DNA of 64,000 bases from Candidatus Kapaibacterium sp. (GCA_025455065.1 JALONG010000004.1:86690-150689), one strand, 5' to 3'; shown: positions 11,303 to 20,707, counted from the first letter of the stretch. Notes: generated by a model not told the origin, from the letters alone. Translations and numbers: made by a program.

Positions 11303-11608
11303 CTACTTCGCAAGCGGTCGAATCATTTTGAGTGATAACGTGTAACGTTCTTGCGGTGCGCCCGATGTATCCAGCACTGCCACAAGAGCCTCCTGAGCGC
11401 TTTGGTTCAGTTCTTCCACGCGGTAACGAATACCATTCGGGCTTTCAACGGCAGCTTCGACAATATCGCCCGCTTTGATGCCTTTCCAATGCTCAAAGTT
11501 CTCATGGCTGCTGCGTTTCCAATCTACGGGGCGGTAGAGCGTATAAAAAAAACGTTTGAAGATGTTCATATTGAGGGCGAATAAAATGTGGAGAAAATCG
11601 GTTATCAA
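11303..11608 (-). CDS. Hypothetical small protein (about 85-101 aa) immediately upstream of clpB
   Basis: ORF only, no recognised motif. Its 5' end overlaps the over-extended rsmB ORF, so the true start may be an internal Met. Confidence 0.35.
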   Translation of the reverse strand: MITDFLHILFALNMNIFKRFFYTLYRPVDWKRSSHENFEHWKGIKAGDIVEAAVESPNGIRYRVEELNQSAQEALVAVLDTSGAPQERYTLSLKMIRPLAK

Positions 11609-11779
11609 AAATTACGAAAAAACACGTATTTTGCAAGGCTTCGGTGTTTCTGCGGATTTGCTTATCGCAACATTGACCGCAACACTTCAAAGATAGTATT
11701 TTCCGTGCAATTTTTGAACGCCGAAACATTGTTCCGAATATTTTCCGTAGCACTTTTGTTCACTCTTTTTGGTTTCATC

Positions 11780-13864
11780 ATGTCCAATCACGACCAATCG
11801 CAGCCCCGCTCCCAAGAATCGCAAACTTCTCCGCAACAGCAAGAACGCCATTCCCAAGGCAAACCCAATGCCGGAGCGCATCAACAATCTCACCCAAAGC
11901 AGCGCGACAACCAGCAACACGACAACCAGCAACACGATAAACAGCCGCATCAAAAACACCAGCACGATAAGCAGCAGCAAGGGAAAACCCCTCAAAACCG
12001 ACCTCAACAGGAACGTGCGCAGCACAACCGACACAACAACGACAAACAACAGCGCGAGCATCAACCCCACAATGCTCACAAACCCAGTCATAATGCGCCT
12101 TCGGGAGAAGAGCGTCCGCAGCGTCCATATCAACATCAGCGTGACAACCAGCGCCCAAATGATAACCAGCGCCCAAATGATAACCAGCGCCCAAATGATA
12201 ACCAACGTCCAAATGACTTTCAACGCCAAAACGACAACCAGCGTCCTCAGAGACATGACCGTCCGCAGCACCAAGACCGGCGCGGTCAAGAGCGACACGA
12301 CGGCAACAACGACAATTCGCAACGCGAGTACCGTCCACGCTTTGAGCGGCAACCGAATCCCTACACGCCGGAGTTCATCCCCACGCATAGCGGCATAGAA
12401 CGCCCCGAACAGTTGGAAGAACTGCGCAAGCGCGGTATTCCTGAGGCGCTCCGCTACGACGACCCGCCTTACGTTCCCGACAAACCCGCAAAGGGCAGCG
12501 ACAACATTTTTTACAAGGATTTTAATCCGCTTTATACAACGGCTCGTGGGCTTGCAATCAAGATTTTATCACGTCTCGACCAGAGCGATTCGTATTTGGA
12601 CAAACTTGTGGAATACGAACTCGCACACTGCGATTTGAAGCCCGTTGATAGAGCGCTTTTGACAGAACTTGTGCATGGCGTTACGCGCTGGCAAGCGCGT
12701 CTGGACTGGATTTTGACGGGATTTTATCACGGCGAATTTGTCAAATGTATCGTTCCAGTGAAAAATGCAATGCGCATTGCACTCTACCAAATCATGTTTT
12801 TACAGCGTATTCCGCCCTTTGCGGCAGTGAGCGAATCGGTCGAATTTATCAAGCGTTTGAAGGGCGCACGGTCGGGGAATTTGGTCAATGCGATTTTGCG
12901 GAATATCTTGAACAATATCAACAATATCCGTTACCCGATTCGCAATGAAGATGTTGCACGGCATTTTTCGATTCTCCATTCGCACCCGTTTTGGCTTGTG
13001 AAGCGTTGGCTGGAGCGTTTCGGCGAAGAAGGCGCAGAGGCGCTGTTGAAGGTGAATAACGAGCGTCCGAAAATTTCGCTCAGGATGAATATGCTGCGTT
13101 GCAATGTCGAGGAATTTTATACGTTCCTCCAAATCCAAGATGTGAAGCGCTGGGATGCTCCCTTTGACACAGAGCGATTTACACTTGTCGGTTCGCTGTC
13201 GTCGGTGCGAGAGTGGAAGCCCTTCCGCGACGGGTGGTTTTCGGTGCAGGATTTGAGCGCTTCGATGGTGGTGAAACTCGCCAATCCTCAGCGCGGACAG
13301 CGTATTTATGACCTTTGTGCGGCACCGGGCGGAAAATCAACCTACATGGCGGAACTCATCGGCAACGAAGGCACAATCATTGCGCTGGACAAATACGCAG
13401 GAAAACTGACCACAATTCAAGAAAATGCAGAACGTTTGCAACTGACCTGCATTTCCACGCAGGCACAGGACGCACGGCACTTTGCGCCGAAGGAACTTGC
13501 CGACATCGTGCTTGTGGATGCACCCTGTTCGGGCTTGGGAACGCTTGCCAAAAAGCCGGATATTAAGTGGAAGTTTGAGACGACTGATTTTACGCCGCTT
13601 GTGCGCACGCAGCGTGAAATTTTGAAAAATGCCGCAAAACTTGTCAAACCCGGCGGAGCGCTTGTGTACAGCACTTGCACGATTGAACCGGAAGAAAACA
13701 CGGAGCAGATAGCGTGGTTTTTGGAGCATTTTCCCAACTACGAACTTGACCGCGCCGAACAGTATTTACCCCAAGAAGTCTGCAACAACGGCTTTTTGCA
13801 GACCTTTCCGCACCTTCACCAAACCGACGGCGCGTTTGCGGCACGGTTTGTGCGCAAGAAGTGA
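11780..13864 (+). CDS. rsmB: 16S rRNA m5C967 methyltransferase RsmB/Sun with an unusual ~230-aa low-complexity Q/H/N/R/P-rich N-terminal extension
   Basis: NusB-like region plus SAM-methyltransferase motifs DLCAAPGGKS and DAPCSGLGT. Start chosen at MSNHDQ (11780); the supplied ORF begins at 11588 but overlaps the convergent upstream gene. Confidence 0.85.
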   Translation: MSNHDQSQPRSQESQTSPQQQERHSQGKPNAGAHQQSHPKQRDNQQHDNQQHDKQPHQKHQHDKQQQGKTPQNRPQQERAQHNRHNNDKQQREHQPHNAHKPSHNAPSGEERPQRPYQHQRDNQRPNDNQRPNDNQRPNDNQRPNDFQRQNDNQRPQRHDRPQHQDRRGQERHDGNNDNSQREYRPRFERQPNPYTPEFIPTHSGIERPEQLEELRKRGIPEALRYDDPPYVPDKPAKGSDNIFYKDFNPLYTTARGLAIKILSRLDQSDSYLDKLVEYELAHCDLKPVDRALLTELVHGVTRWQARLDWILTGFYHGEFVKCIVPVKNAMRIALYQIMFLQRIPPFAAVSESVEFIKRLKGARSGNLVNAILRNILNNINNIRYPIRNEDVARHFSILHSHPFWLVKRWLERFGEEGAEALLKVNNERPKISLRMNMLRCNVEEFYTFLQIQDVKRWDAPFDTERFTLVGSLSSVREWKPFRDGWFSVQDLSASMVVKLANPQRGQRIYDLCAAPGGKSTYMAELIGNEGTIIALDKYAGKLTTIQENAERLQLTCISTQAQDARHFAPKELADIVLVDAPCSGLGTLAKKPDIKWKFETTDFTPLVRTQREILKNAAKLVKPGGALVYSTCTIEPEENTEQIAWFLEHFPNYELDRAEQYLPQEVCNNGFLQTFPHLHQTDGAFAARFVRKK
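12146..12217 (+). repeat. 18-bp tandem repeat x4 (aaccagcgcccaaatgat) encoding (QRPNDN)n inside rsmB
   Basis: Three perfect copies and one diverged copy. Translated as NDNQRPNDNQRPNDNQRPNDNQRPND. Confidence 0.8.
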
Positions 13865-14011
13865 TTCCCCGTTGAGGGGCTGGACTGAGAAGCCTCTGCT
13901 TTTAAGAAAGGAGTGATTGACGAATAAACAACCTTTTATGGCACAGACACAGCCTCATCTTGTCTGGGCAGTTTCCTGACTATTTTCAGCAAACTCATCT
14001 TTCCAAAACAG

Positions 14012-14761
14012 ATGCTCGAACTTTCTTCCGTCACCAAGCGCTATGCGCATAAGACCGTCCTCCACACGATTTCCTGCCGTATTGACGCAGGGCAGTGTTT
14101 CTGGCTCGTGGGCAGAAACGGTGCAGGCAAAACAACACTCATCAACATCCTCGCAGACCTCATTGCACCTGATTCCGGCGTAGTGAACTTCGGTGGATTA
14201 CGCTACGAAGATGATGAACTTGCCATCAAGCGCAATCTCGGTGTTTTGCCGGACAAAAACCCTGCAATTCCTCAACTTACGGGCTGGGAATATTTGCAGT
14301 TTGTCGGACTGCTCCATGAATTGCAGACGGACGAGTGTTTACGCCGTGTAAAAAGCCTTGTGGAGTATTTTTTCGATGAGACCGATGATGCTTACAAACG
14401 CATCGGAACATACTCGCACGGCATGACGAAGAAAATCGGCTTGTGTGCCGCATTGCTACACCGCCCGCAGTATTTGATATTGGATGAACCATTCGCAGGA
14501 TTAGACCCAGTGTCGGCAGCAAAACTTGTGCGGTTTTTGCAATCGTATCTTTCGCCGGAACGCTGTATTTTCCTGTCGTCGCACGACCTTGGCTATGCAC
14601 AGAAAATTATGACGCACATCGGCATTTTGGAAGGTGGCACGCTCCAATTTGTCGGTTCGGCGGAAGAATTTGCCTCCTCCAAACACACACTCGAAGAGTC
14701 CATTTTGCAGATTCTCCAACCGCAAGAATCCAATATCCAAGAACTCAACTGGCTTTTGTAA
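14012..14761 (+). CDS. ABC transporter ATP-binding protein (ABC-2/NatA-like)
   Basis: Walker A GRNGAGKTTL; signature-like YSHGMTKKIG; Walker B ILDEPFAGLD. Its stop overlaps the next start (TAATG). Confidence 0.85.
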   Translation: MLELSSVTKRYAHKTVLHTISCRIDAGQCFWLVGRNGAGKTTLINILADLIAPDSGVVNFGGLRYEDDELAIKRNLGVLPDKNPAIPQLTGWEYLQFVGLLHELQTDECLRRVKSLVEYFFDETDDAYKRIGTYSHGMTKKIGLCAALLHRPQYLILDEPFAGLDPVSAAKLVRFLQSYLSPERCIFLSSHDLGYAQKIMTHIGILEGGTLQFVGSAEEFASSKHTLEESILQILQPQESNIQELNWLL

Positions 14762-16143
14762 TGACCTTCCTCAGAACACTCGGTTTTGTGCTGCGTGCGC
14801 AGATGAATGAGCTTGTTCAAGGCGGACATGGGCTTTCTATTGCGGGGCGAGTGATTTTGCTCATTACGGCGCTTGTGTATGCGATAGGTTTTGGTCTTGT
14901 GTTACGCTTTGCAAATCGCTTGGAGATGAATAAGGATGCTGTTTTACTCGGCATCAACATTACACTTGCCGCGATGACTTTTCTGAAAAGTTATTTCCCC
15001 GCGTACCAATCCACCACCCAACCTATCGCCGCATTTTTCCCGATGAGCCGTCTGCAACGCTCATTGCTTGGTGCTTTGCTGGATTCGTGTTCGGTATTTC
15101 CCTTGACAGTACTGTTTTTTTACGGCGTTGTCTTTGCCATCGCATTCCCTGTCTTGAGTGCCCCACAAATGCTTGTCTCGTTGGTTTTCTTTTTGACGGC
15201 ACTTGTGCTAGACCGCGCATTGCGGCTGATGTTGGAGTACAATATTCCCAAGCGAATTGGGTATATGACGCTTGCAGTTGCGCTTGGCGTTGTGTTATTT
15301 GGGTACAATGTTGTGGAATGGTTGAAGCATATTTCGCCTCTTATTATCGTGTTTCCGCTTTTTGTGAGTGCTTGTGCGGTGCAGGGCGCTATGGCTCTTG
15401 CGGCGGTTTCGCCTCACACAGAGCGCGTTTCCACTGTGCCGACACGCAGCATTGGCGATAGTACTGCTCCGCAATCGCTTATTTCCTTGATTTTCAAAGC
15501 ATTTTTCGGCAGCAAGCACGTTTATACGCTCTTTGGGACTGCGACATTGGTAAAAATTGGGATGCTGCTGTACTTTTGGAAATTTAGAACTCGGAACATT
15601 GACGATGGTTTCGAGCGCTTCATTCTCCACTATGTTTTGTGGCTTTATACCGCTCCAATGGGTATGTTCACCTACGTTTTGAACAACAGTTTCGGTATGA
15701 ATTGGCAGATGTGGCAATCATTTCAGCATCAACGCGGGCGGGATGTTTTGCGATTGTATTTCCTGTATGCCGCATTTCCACTGCTGTTCGATGCTCTTAT
15801 TACCTTGAGTGCACTACTGTTGATGCGGCGAATGCAGACGCATTTAGTGATAAACTATCTTGCTTCTACGGGAGCGCTCTTAGGCTGGGGGCTTTTTGTC
15901 GCGGTACGGATGCCGATTAAAGTCGAAAAACTCACCGCAAGTGCATGGATGAGTTTCCGCGGCATCAATTCCCCCGTAGGAATGTGGGGCGTTTTGGGTA
16001 TCTTTGTTGTCATAAGTTTGCTCTCGACAATTTCCGTCTGGATGCCGCTTTTGCTGCTGCTTCCGGCAGGATTATGTGCCGTGTATGTAATGCGGAATTT
16101 CGCTACGATGAAGTTTATGACGTATGAAAAAATTCACCAATGA
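14761..16143 (+). CDS. Polytopic membrane protein, probable permease partner of the ABC ATPase
   Basis: 460 aa with many hydrophobic segments. Translationally coupled to the upstream ATPase. Confidence 0.55.
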   Translation: MTFLRTLGFVLRAQMNELVQGGHGLSIAGRVILLITALVYAIGFGLVLRFANRLEMNKDAVLLGINITLAAMTFLKSYFPAYQSTTQPIAAFFPMSRLQRSLLGALLDSCSVFPLTVLFFYGVVFAIAFPVLSAPQMLVSLVFFLTALVLDRALRLMLEYNIPKRIGYMTLAVALGVVLFGYNVVEWLKHISPLIIVFPLFVSACAVQGAMALAAVSPHTERVSTVPTRSIGDSTAPQSLISLIFKAFFGSKHVYTLFGTATLVKIGMLLYFWKFRTRNIDDGFERFILHYVLWLYTAPMGMFTYVLNNSFGMNWQMWQSFQHQRGRDVLRLYFLYAAFPLLFDALITLSALLLMRRMQTHLVINYLASTGALLGWGLFVAVRMPIKVEKLTASAWMSFRGINSPVGMWGVLGIFVVISLLSTISVWMPLLLLLPAGLCAVYVMRNFATMKFMTYEKIHQ

Positions 16144-16249
16144 GGTGAAGACAATCCGAAGCCATCGAATGAATATTCAGAAACCGCACACAACCTGCAT
16201 TGAAGACAAAACCACACACCAACAACAATGAACTGTTCCTCCCAAAGTC

Positions 16250-17662
16250 TTATTTCACACCACCCATCATCCTGCGAATATGCGGCGTGAGCAAGGCAAG
16301 AATCAGCGCAGCAAGCATCATCACGGCAGATAATACGCCGAAATACTGTACCAAAAATTCCGTATTTCGTTCATCGAAAAAGCCCGCTAAATAGCCTGCA
16401 ATGCGACTAGCAACGGCACTCGCCAAAAACCACACGCCCATCATCATCCCCACAAGCCTCACCGGTGCGAGTTTTGTTACAACACTCAGCCCCGTCGGGT
16501 TCAGCAGCACCGCACCAATTTCCTGCAAGAAAAATGCACCCAAAAGCCAGAACGGGCTTACTTCCCCGTGCCGTGCAGCCAAGGAAGCCGCAACCATGAC
16601 GCTGAACGCCAAACCGACAAAGAGCAGACTGAGCGCAAATTTCGTCGGTGAGGAAGGCTGCCGCTCCCCCAAGCTAATCCAGAGGCGCGACAGCAAAGGT
16701 GCAAGAATGATGACGTAAATCGGAATCACCGATTGAAACCAACTCGACGGAAATTCCCACGAGCCAATAGTGGTACGGGTTAGGCGGTCTGCAAAGAGAT
16801 TCATGCTGGAACCTGCCTGCTCGGAAACAATACCGAACAGCACCGTAAAGACGAACAAAATACCAATCACGCCCACACGCTGCCATTCTTCCCGGCTGAG
16901 GGCTGGGAGCGATAGCGATTGTTTCTGCATTGGGGCGTGTTTACGTTCACCAACGGCTTGAAAACGGTCTTGCGACGCGAGAAACTGCCACAGCCCAATC
17001 ATCATGCCCACTGCGGCTGCACCAAATCCCCAATGCCACGAATGAAGCGGGTTCAATCCCCAAACAAGCAGCAGTTCTTTGAAGAGCGGATGTTGCGCTA
17101 AAAATCCGCAGACAATAGGCGCACACGCCGCACCAACATTGATGCCCATAAAAAACAGCGAAAACCCCGCATCACGCCTTTCGTCGCCGTCGGGGTAGAG
17201 TTCCCCGACCATCGCACTGATGCTGGGTTTGAGCAAACCCGTTCCAAGCGTGATACACGCCAAACCCGCATAGAACCAGAGTATTTGCGTACTTGCGGCA
17301 ACAAGCGCAATCAAAAAATGTCCCAGCGCAATGATTCCGCCTCCGGCTATAACTGCCCGCCGTGCGCCGAGCCACCTGTCCGCAACAAAGCCCCCCGGCA
17401 GCGCCAAAAGATACACCCACATCGTATAAGTGCCGTAAATTGCCGTTGCAGTTTTTACATCCAGCGCCAAACCGCCTTCGGTGAGCGGTGCAACCATGTA
17501 GAGAATGAGAATTGCCCTCATTCCGTAATAGCTGAAGCGCTCCCACAGTTCGGTAAAAAACAGCGTCGTCAGCCCACGTGGATGCCCACCGATACCGCTT
17601 ACGTCGCTTGCAGTGTCGGTTTGATGTGGATTTGGTGCTGTGTTGTGGTGTGAAAACGCCAT
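16250..17662 (-). CDS. POT/PTR2-family proton-dependent di-/tripeptide transporter
   Basis: Motif ELWERFSYYGMRAILILYM plus 12-TM-like hydrophobicity. Start set to the internal Met (MAFSHH) at 17662, because the ORF's upstream extension overlaps the divergent gene. Confidence 0.8.
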   Translation of the reverse strand: MAFSHHNTAPNPHQTDTASDVSGIGGHPRGLTTLFFTELWERFSYYGMRAILILYMVAPLTEGGLALDVKTATAIYGTYTMWVYLLALPGGFVADRWLGARRAVIAGGGIIALGHFLIALVAASTQILWFYAGLACITLGTGLLKPSISAMVGELYPDGDERRDAGFSLFFMGINVGAACAPIVCGFLAQHPLFKELLLVWGLNPLHSWHWGFGAAAVGMMIGLWQFLASQDRFQAVGERKHAPMQKQSLSLPALSREEWQRVGVIGILFVFTVLFGIVSEQAGSSMNLFADRLTRTTIGSWEFPSSWFQSVIPIYVIILAPLLSRLWISLGERQPSSPTKFALSLLFVGLAFSVMVAASLAARHGEVSPFWLLGAFFLQEIGAVLLNPTGLSVVTKLAPVRLVGMMMGVWFLASAVASRIAGYLAGFFDERNTEFLVQYFGVLSAVMMLAALILALLTPHIRRMMGGVK

Positions 17663-17741
17663 ACTTGGTGCGTTCTTTCGTGCTTGCGGAAAAAAAGTAT
17701 TTTGCAAAGCACAAACATACCAAGATATTTGTGGAACGCCA

Positions 17742-18521
17742 ATGGGAAAACGATGGCGAATATTGCGACCAATCACAAACATTATGAATCTATATTTTTT
17801 ACCCTTTGCCGCATCGTTGCTGCTTTTTTTGCCGAAAGCACTCAATGCGCAAAATGATAACCCGCATTGGCGCATTGCGAGTACGTTTCTCCAAAACCGA
17901 AGACAAACCAATGACCCCACAAGAATAGCACTCGGCAGCGTACTCAATTTTTACGGCTATAACGACCTCCAGCCCCAATTTGAAAAAGATTTTTCTTCCA
18001 TTCCGAACCGTTATCAAACGGGCGAAAACTATGATAACTTTGTTGCCGACATGACGAACTGGACACTCCTTCCCATCTACTGGGGCGGTACGGCGTGGTC
18101 AACGGCGGTGTCGGTGGTCAGTTTTATAGGGGGTGATATTCTCGGCGGCATCTGGCACGCCTTCGGCGCGGTGCAGTGGTCACGTGGGGCAACATACCTG
18201 ACGTGGACAGCGAAACACGACTGGAATAAGCTCATAGGCGCACAGCGTACGGTACAAAAGCAAGTCTTTGTCATCCGCACCCAGTTCAATTTCCCATGGG
18301 TTTTTGCGGGCAACGTACTGCTGGATGTCGTTGAAGATACTGACGGCGATGGACTCTTTGGGGAGGAGGCGCAGAAATATAGAGGAACTAACTCTATTGG
18401 TTTATACGAAGCCGAAGGTATGAGCCATAATGTGTCCTCGAATCATCCAAAATCCAAACAGCAGTTTGAGAGAGCGTTTGATAACCCGAATATCCCATTT
18501 TACGCACCCAAAAGGAGATAA
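17742..18521 (+). CDS. Secreted hypothetical protein carrying a glycine-rich hydrophobic module (first gene of a four-gene cassette)
   Basis: Signal-peptide-like N-terminus (MGKRWRILRPITNIMNLYFLPFAASLLLFLPKALNAQ); the alternative start is 17784. Hydrophobic segment MTNWTLLPIYWGGTAWSTAVSVVSFIGGDILGGIWHAFGAVQW. No family recognised. Confidence 0.5.
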   Translation: MGKRWRILRPITNIMNLYFLPFAASLLLFLPKALNAQNDNPHWRIASTFLQNRRQTNDPTRIALGSVLNFYGYNDLQPQFEKDFSSIPNRYQTGENYDNFVADMTNWTLLPIYWGGTAWSTAVSVVSFIGGDILGGIWHAFGAVQWSRGATYLTWTAKHDWNKLIGAQRTVQKQVFVIRTQFNFPWVFAGNVLLDVVEDTDGDGLFGEEAQKYRGTNSIGLYEAEGMSHNVSSNHPKSKQQFERAFDNPNIPFYAPKRR

Positions 18522-18524
18522 TTT

Positions 18525-19718
18525 ATGAAACGCCTAATTCTTCGACTGTATTTCTTCTGTCTGTGCATTGCAAGCCTGAATGCTTCTGCTTGCGACCCTT
18601 TAACAAGTTCCAGAGAACAATTTCTTTGGAAACAATCACTTTCTGACGGAAAACTTATCGAAGGTGAGTTGCCTAATATTCTGTATAATGGCACTATTAT
18701 TTCACTAGGTATGAGTGGTGGTAAACGAACACTCTATGCTTTTGATGCAAGTAGTGGAGAACCTCGCTGGCGATGGTCAGATTGGTTTTTGAGTGATAGA
18801 AGCATTTTAGTGGATTATGTGCATACTTTTGATAACGTGCTTGTTATTTGTAACAGAGGACCGAATTATGGCATTGATACTCGTACAGGAAAAACAATCT
18901 GGAGCAATGACATAAAGAATAGAGAATCAGGCTCACAGGGAGCAAGCGGAATAGGACAATTATATTTTTTTGGTACTTATATTTCCGTGACAGAAAATTA
19001 TCTGATGCAAGGCAATATATACCGAGATGATGAGAGAGTTCTTGTTTCCTTACCTCGCGGAACAGGCGCAAAACACTCAACACCGTTTGTAGCCCAAAAC
19101 GGCGATACAATGCTGGTCTATTTCTCCACCTACGGAGAACCAGCAACAAATTTTCGGAACAGAACCTACATCAGTCTCTACAATGTCAGTAAACGCCAAG
19201 AAATCTATACTCTTCTTCAAGACACAAGTTCACCCGAAAATGCCAATGTTCTTACTGGCGGCGTTCCTTTAATCCGTAACAAAACTATTTATAGTGCTAT
19301 TGGGCGCAGTGTTCAAGCTAATGATATCGAAACAGGAAAACTCCTTTGGAGGACAAAAACGGAGTGGGATTTTAACGTCTCTGGTATAATTGAAGCTGAT
19401 GGAATAATTATTGGGAATAACCCAGATGGGTTTCTTCATGCTTTTGAAAGTCAAACAGGGAAATTATTATGGAGAGTTAAGGCTTCTGGAACTTCACGCA
19501 GACCTTTTTATATGAATGGTGTCGTTTACATCGTTGGTGTTGGGGATGGAAAATTATATGCGTTTGATGCAAAAACAGGCGATAAAATTTGGGCTTTTGA
19601 TTCTCCTGACGATAACGGTCGTTCTGGGTCTTCGTTTGATGGTATCGTTACAGGTGCGAACGGCAAAATCTATGCCCGCTCGTTTCTCAACCTCTACTGT
19701 TACAGAGCAGCACGATGA
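18525..19718 (+). CDS. Secreted PQQ-repeat-like (BamB-like) beta-propeller protein, possible lipoprotein
   Basis: Signal sequence with ...LNASAC. Repeated L(Y/H)AFDAxTGxxxW motifs (LYAFDASSGEPRWRW, GKLLWRTK, GKLLWRVK, LYAFDAKTGDKIWAF). Lies 4 bp after the upstream gene. Confidence 0.6.
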   Translation: MKRLILRLYFFCLCIASLNASACDPLTSSREQFLWKQSLSDGKLIEGELPNILYNGTIISLGMSGGKRTLYAFDASSGEPRWRWSDWFLSDRSILVDYVHTFDNVLVICNRGPNYGIDTRTGKTIWSNDIKNRESGSQGASGIGQLYFFGTYISVTENYLMQGNIYRDDERVLVSLPRGTGAKHSTPFVAQNGDTMLVYFSTYGEPATNFRNRTYISLYNVSKRQEIYTLLQDTSSPENANVLTGGVPLIRNKTIYSAIGRSVQANDIETGKLLWRTKTEWDFNVSGIIEADGIIIGNNPDGFLHAFESQTGKLLWRVKASGTSRRPFYMNGVVYIVGVGDGKLYAFDAKTGDKIWAFDSPDDNGRSGSSFDGIVTGANGKIYARSFLNLYCYRAAR

Positions 19719-19915
19719 GCAGAAGCATACATATTGCCGGCATGACGAACTGGACACTCCTCCCCGCCTTCTGGGGCGCGACGGCGTGGTCAACGGCGGT
19801 GTCGGTGGTAAACTTTGTGGGCGGTAATGTGGTGGGCGGGCTGTGGCACGCTTTCGGTGCTGTGCAGTGGTCACGCGATGAATTACTGGAAATGGCGCAA
19901 TCGCTGATTCGATAA
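19715..19915 (+). CDS. 66-aa orphan paralog of the glycine-rich hydrophobic module
   Basis: MTNWTLLPAFWGATAWSTAVSVVNFVGGNVVGGLWHAFGAVQWSRD aligns with 36 of 46 residues identical to residues of the 17742 gene. The start overlaps the upstream stop (ATGA). Confidence 0.4.
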   Translation: MSRSIHIAGMTNWTLLPAFWGATAWSTAVSVVNFVGGNVVGGLWHAFGAVQWSRDELLEMAQSLIR

Positions 19916-19948
19916 TTATTTATTCAATCACTATTTGGGAGTACAGTT

Positions 19949-20707
19949 ATGCGTGAAATCTTCGGCATCATCGTTCTCATGCTGCTTGGCGGCGTTGCAT
20001 GGATTCTTATTCACGGTTTTGGCACGGTTGCGCCGTTGGATTGGATTATTGCGCTTTTGACGCTGCTGTGGCTCATCGGCATTGTTACCGTGCCTTGGAA
20101 TATCTATTTTCAAACACGGGCAATTTTGGTCGAAGCCGAAGAATCGAAAAAGCGCGATATTTCGGTCGAAGAGGACAAAATCACCTACGCAAAACGTTGG
20201 TCGGAACGCGCGTTGGTACTGGCGTTGGTGCTGCATTTGGCTACGGCGCTGGGAATGTATTTTTTAGCGGCGTTTGGTGTGAGTTTTATCGGGTATTTCG
20301 GCGCGGGAGCGGCGCTTATGCTGACGTTTGTGCGCCCTATTGTGCGTGGGTATGAGTATGTGCGTAAGCGCCTCGCCACAATTCGGGAAGAAATCACTTA
20401 TCCACGTGAGGATGTTGTTTCGCTGAAAGCGCAGGTAGAAGATATGAAAGCGACGCTCGAAATGCTCGAAAAGCGTTTGGATGCAAGCGATTCCGATTCG
20501 TGGGCAGCAAAACAAGAACAGAATATGGAAGCGCTCCGCACTAAACTTGATTTGATGCGGCACAGAATAGACGATGCCCTCGAAACCAATAAACTCGACC
20601 ACGAGAAAATTTCCCGCGATGCGCAAAACGCAATGGCGCAAGCAATGGCGGATGCGGCGATTGTGAATCACGTCCGAGAGATTGTGCGCTTTTTCAAAGA
20701 AGCGTGA
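19949..20707 (+). CDS. Membrane protein with four predicted TM helices and a C-terminal coiled-coil domain
   Basis: N-terminal hydrophobic helices followed by a heptad-like E/K/L-rich C-terminal ~110 aa. Last gene of the cassette. Confidence 0.5.
   Translation: MREIFGIIVLMLLGGVAWILIHGFGTVAPLDWIIALLTLLWLIGIVTVPWNIYFQTRAILVEAEESKKRDISVEEDKITYAKRWSERALVLALVLHLATALGMYFLAAFGVSFIGYFGAGAALMLTFVRPIVRGYEYVRKRLATIREEITYPREDVVSLKAQVEDMKATLEMLEKRLDASDSDSWAAKQEQNMEALRTKLDLMRHRIDDALETNKLDHEKISRDAQNAMAQAMADAAIVNHVREIVRFFKEA

Noticed and set aside
11588-11779. Upstream extension of the rsmB ORF (MEKIGYQKLRKNTYFARLR...)
   Set aside because: It overlaps the convergent small gene at 11303-11608 and has no methyltransferase-related sequence. 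The internal Met at 11780 was chosen instead.
17663-17947. 95-codon upstream extension of the POT transporter ORF
   Set aside because: It overlaps the divergent cassette gene and precedes the conserved POT N-terminus. The internal start MAFSHH at 17662 fits family length.
17742-19915. Assigning the cassette proteins to Rhs/CdiA/colicin-type polymorphic toxins
   Set aside because: No YD/Rhs repeats, VENN motif, known toxin domains or double-glycine leader peptides are visible. The toxin-immunity idea is kept only as a hypothesis in the findings.
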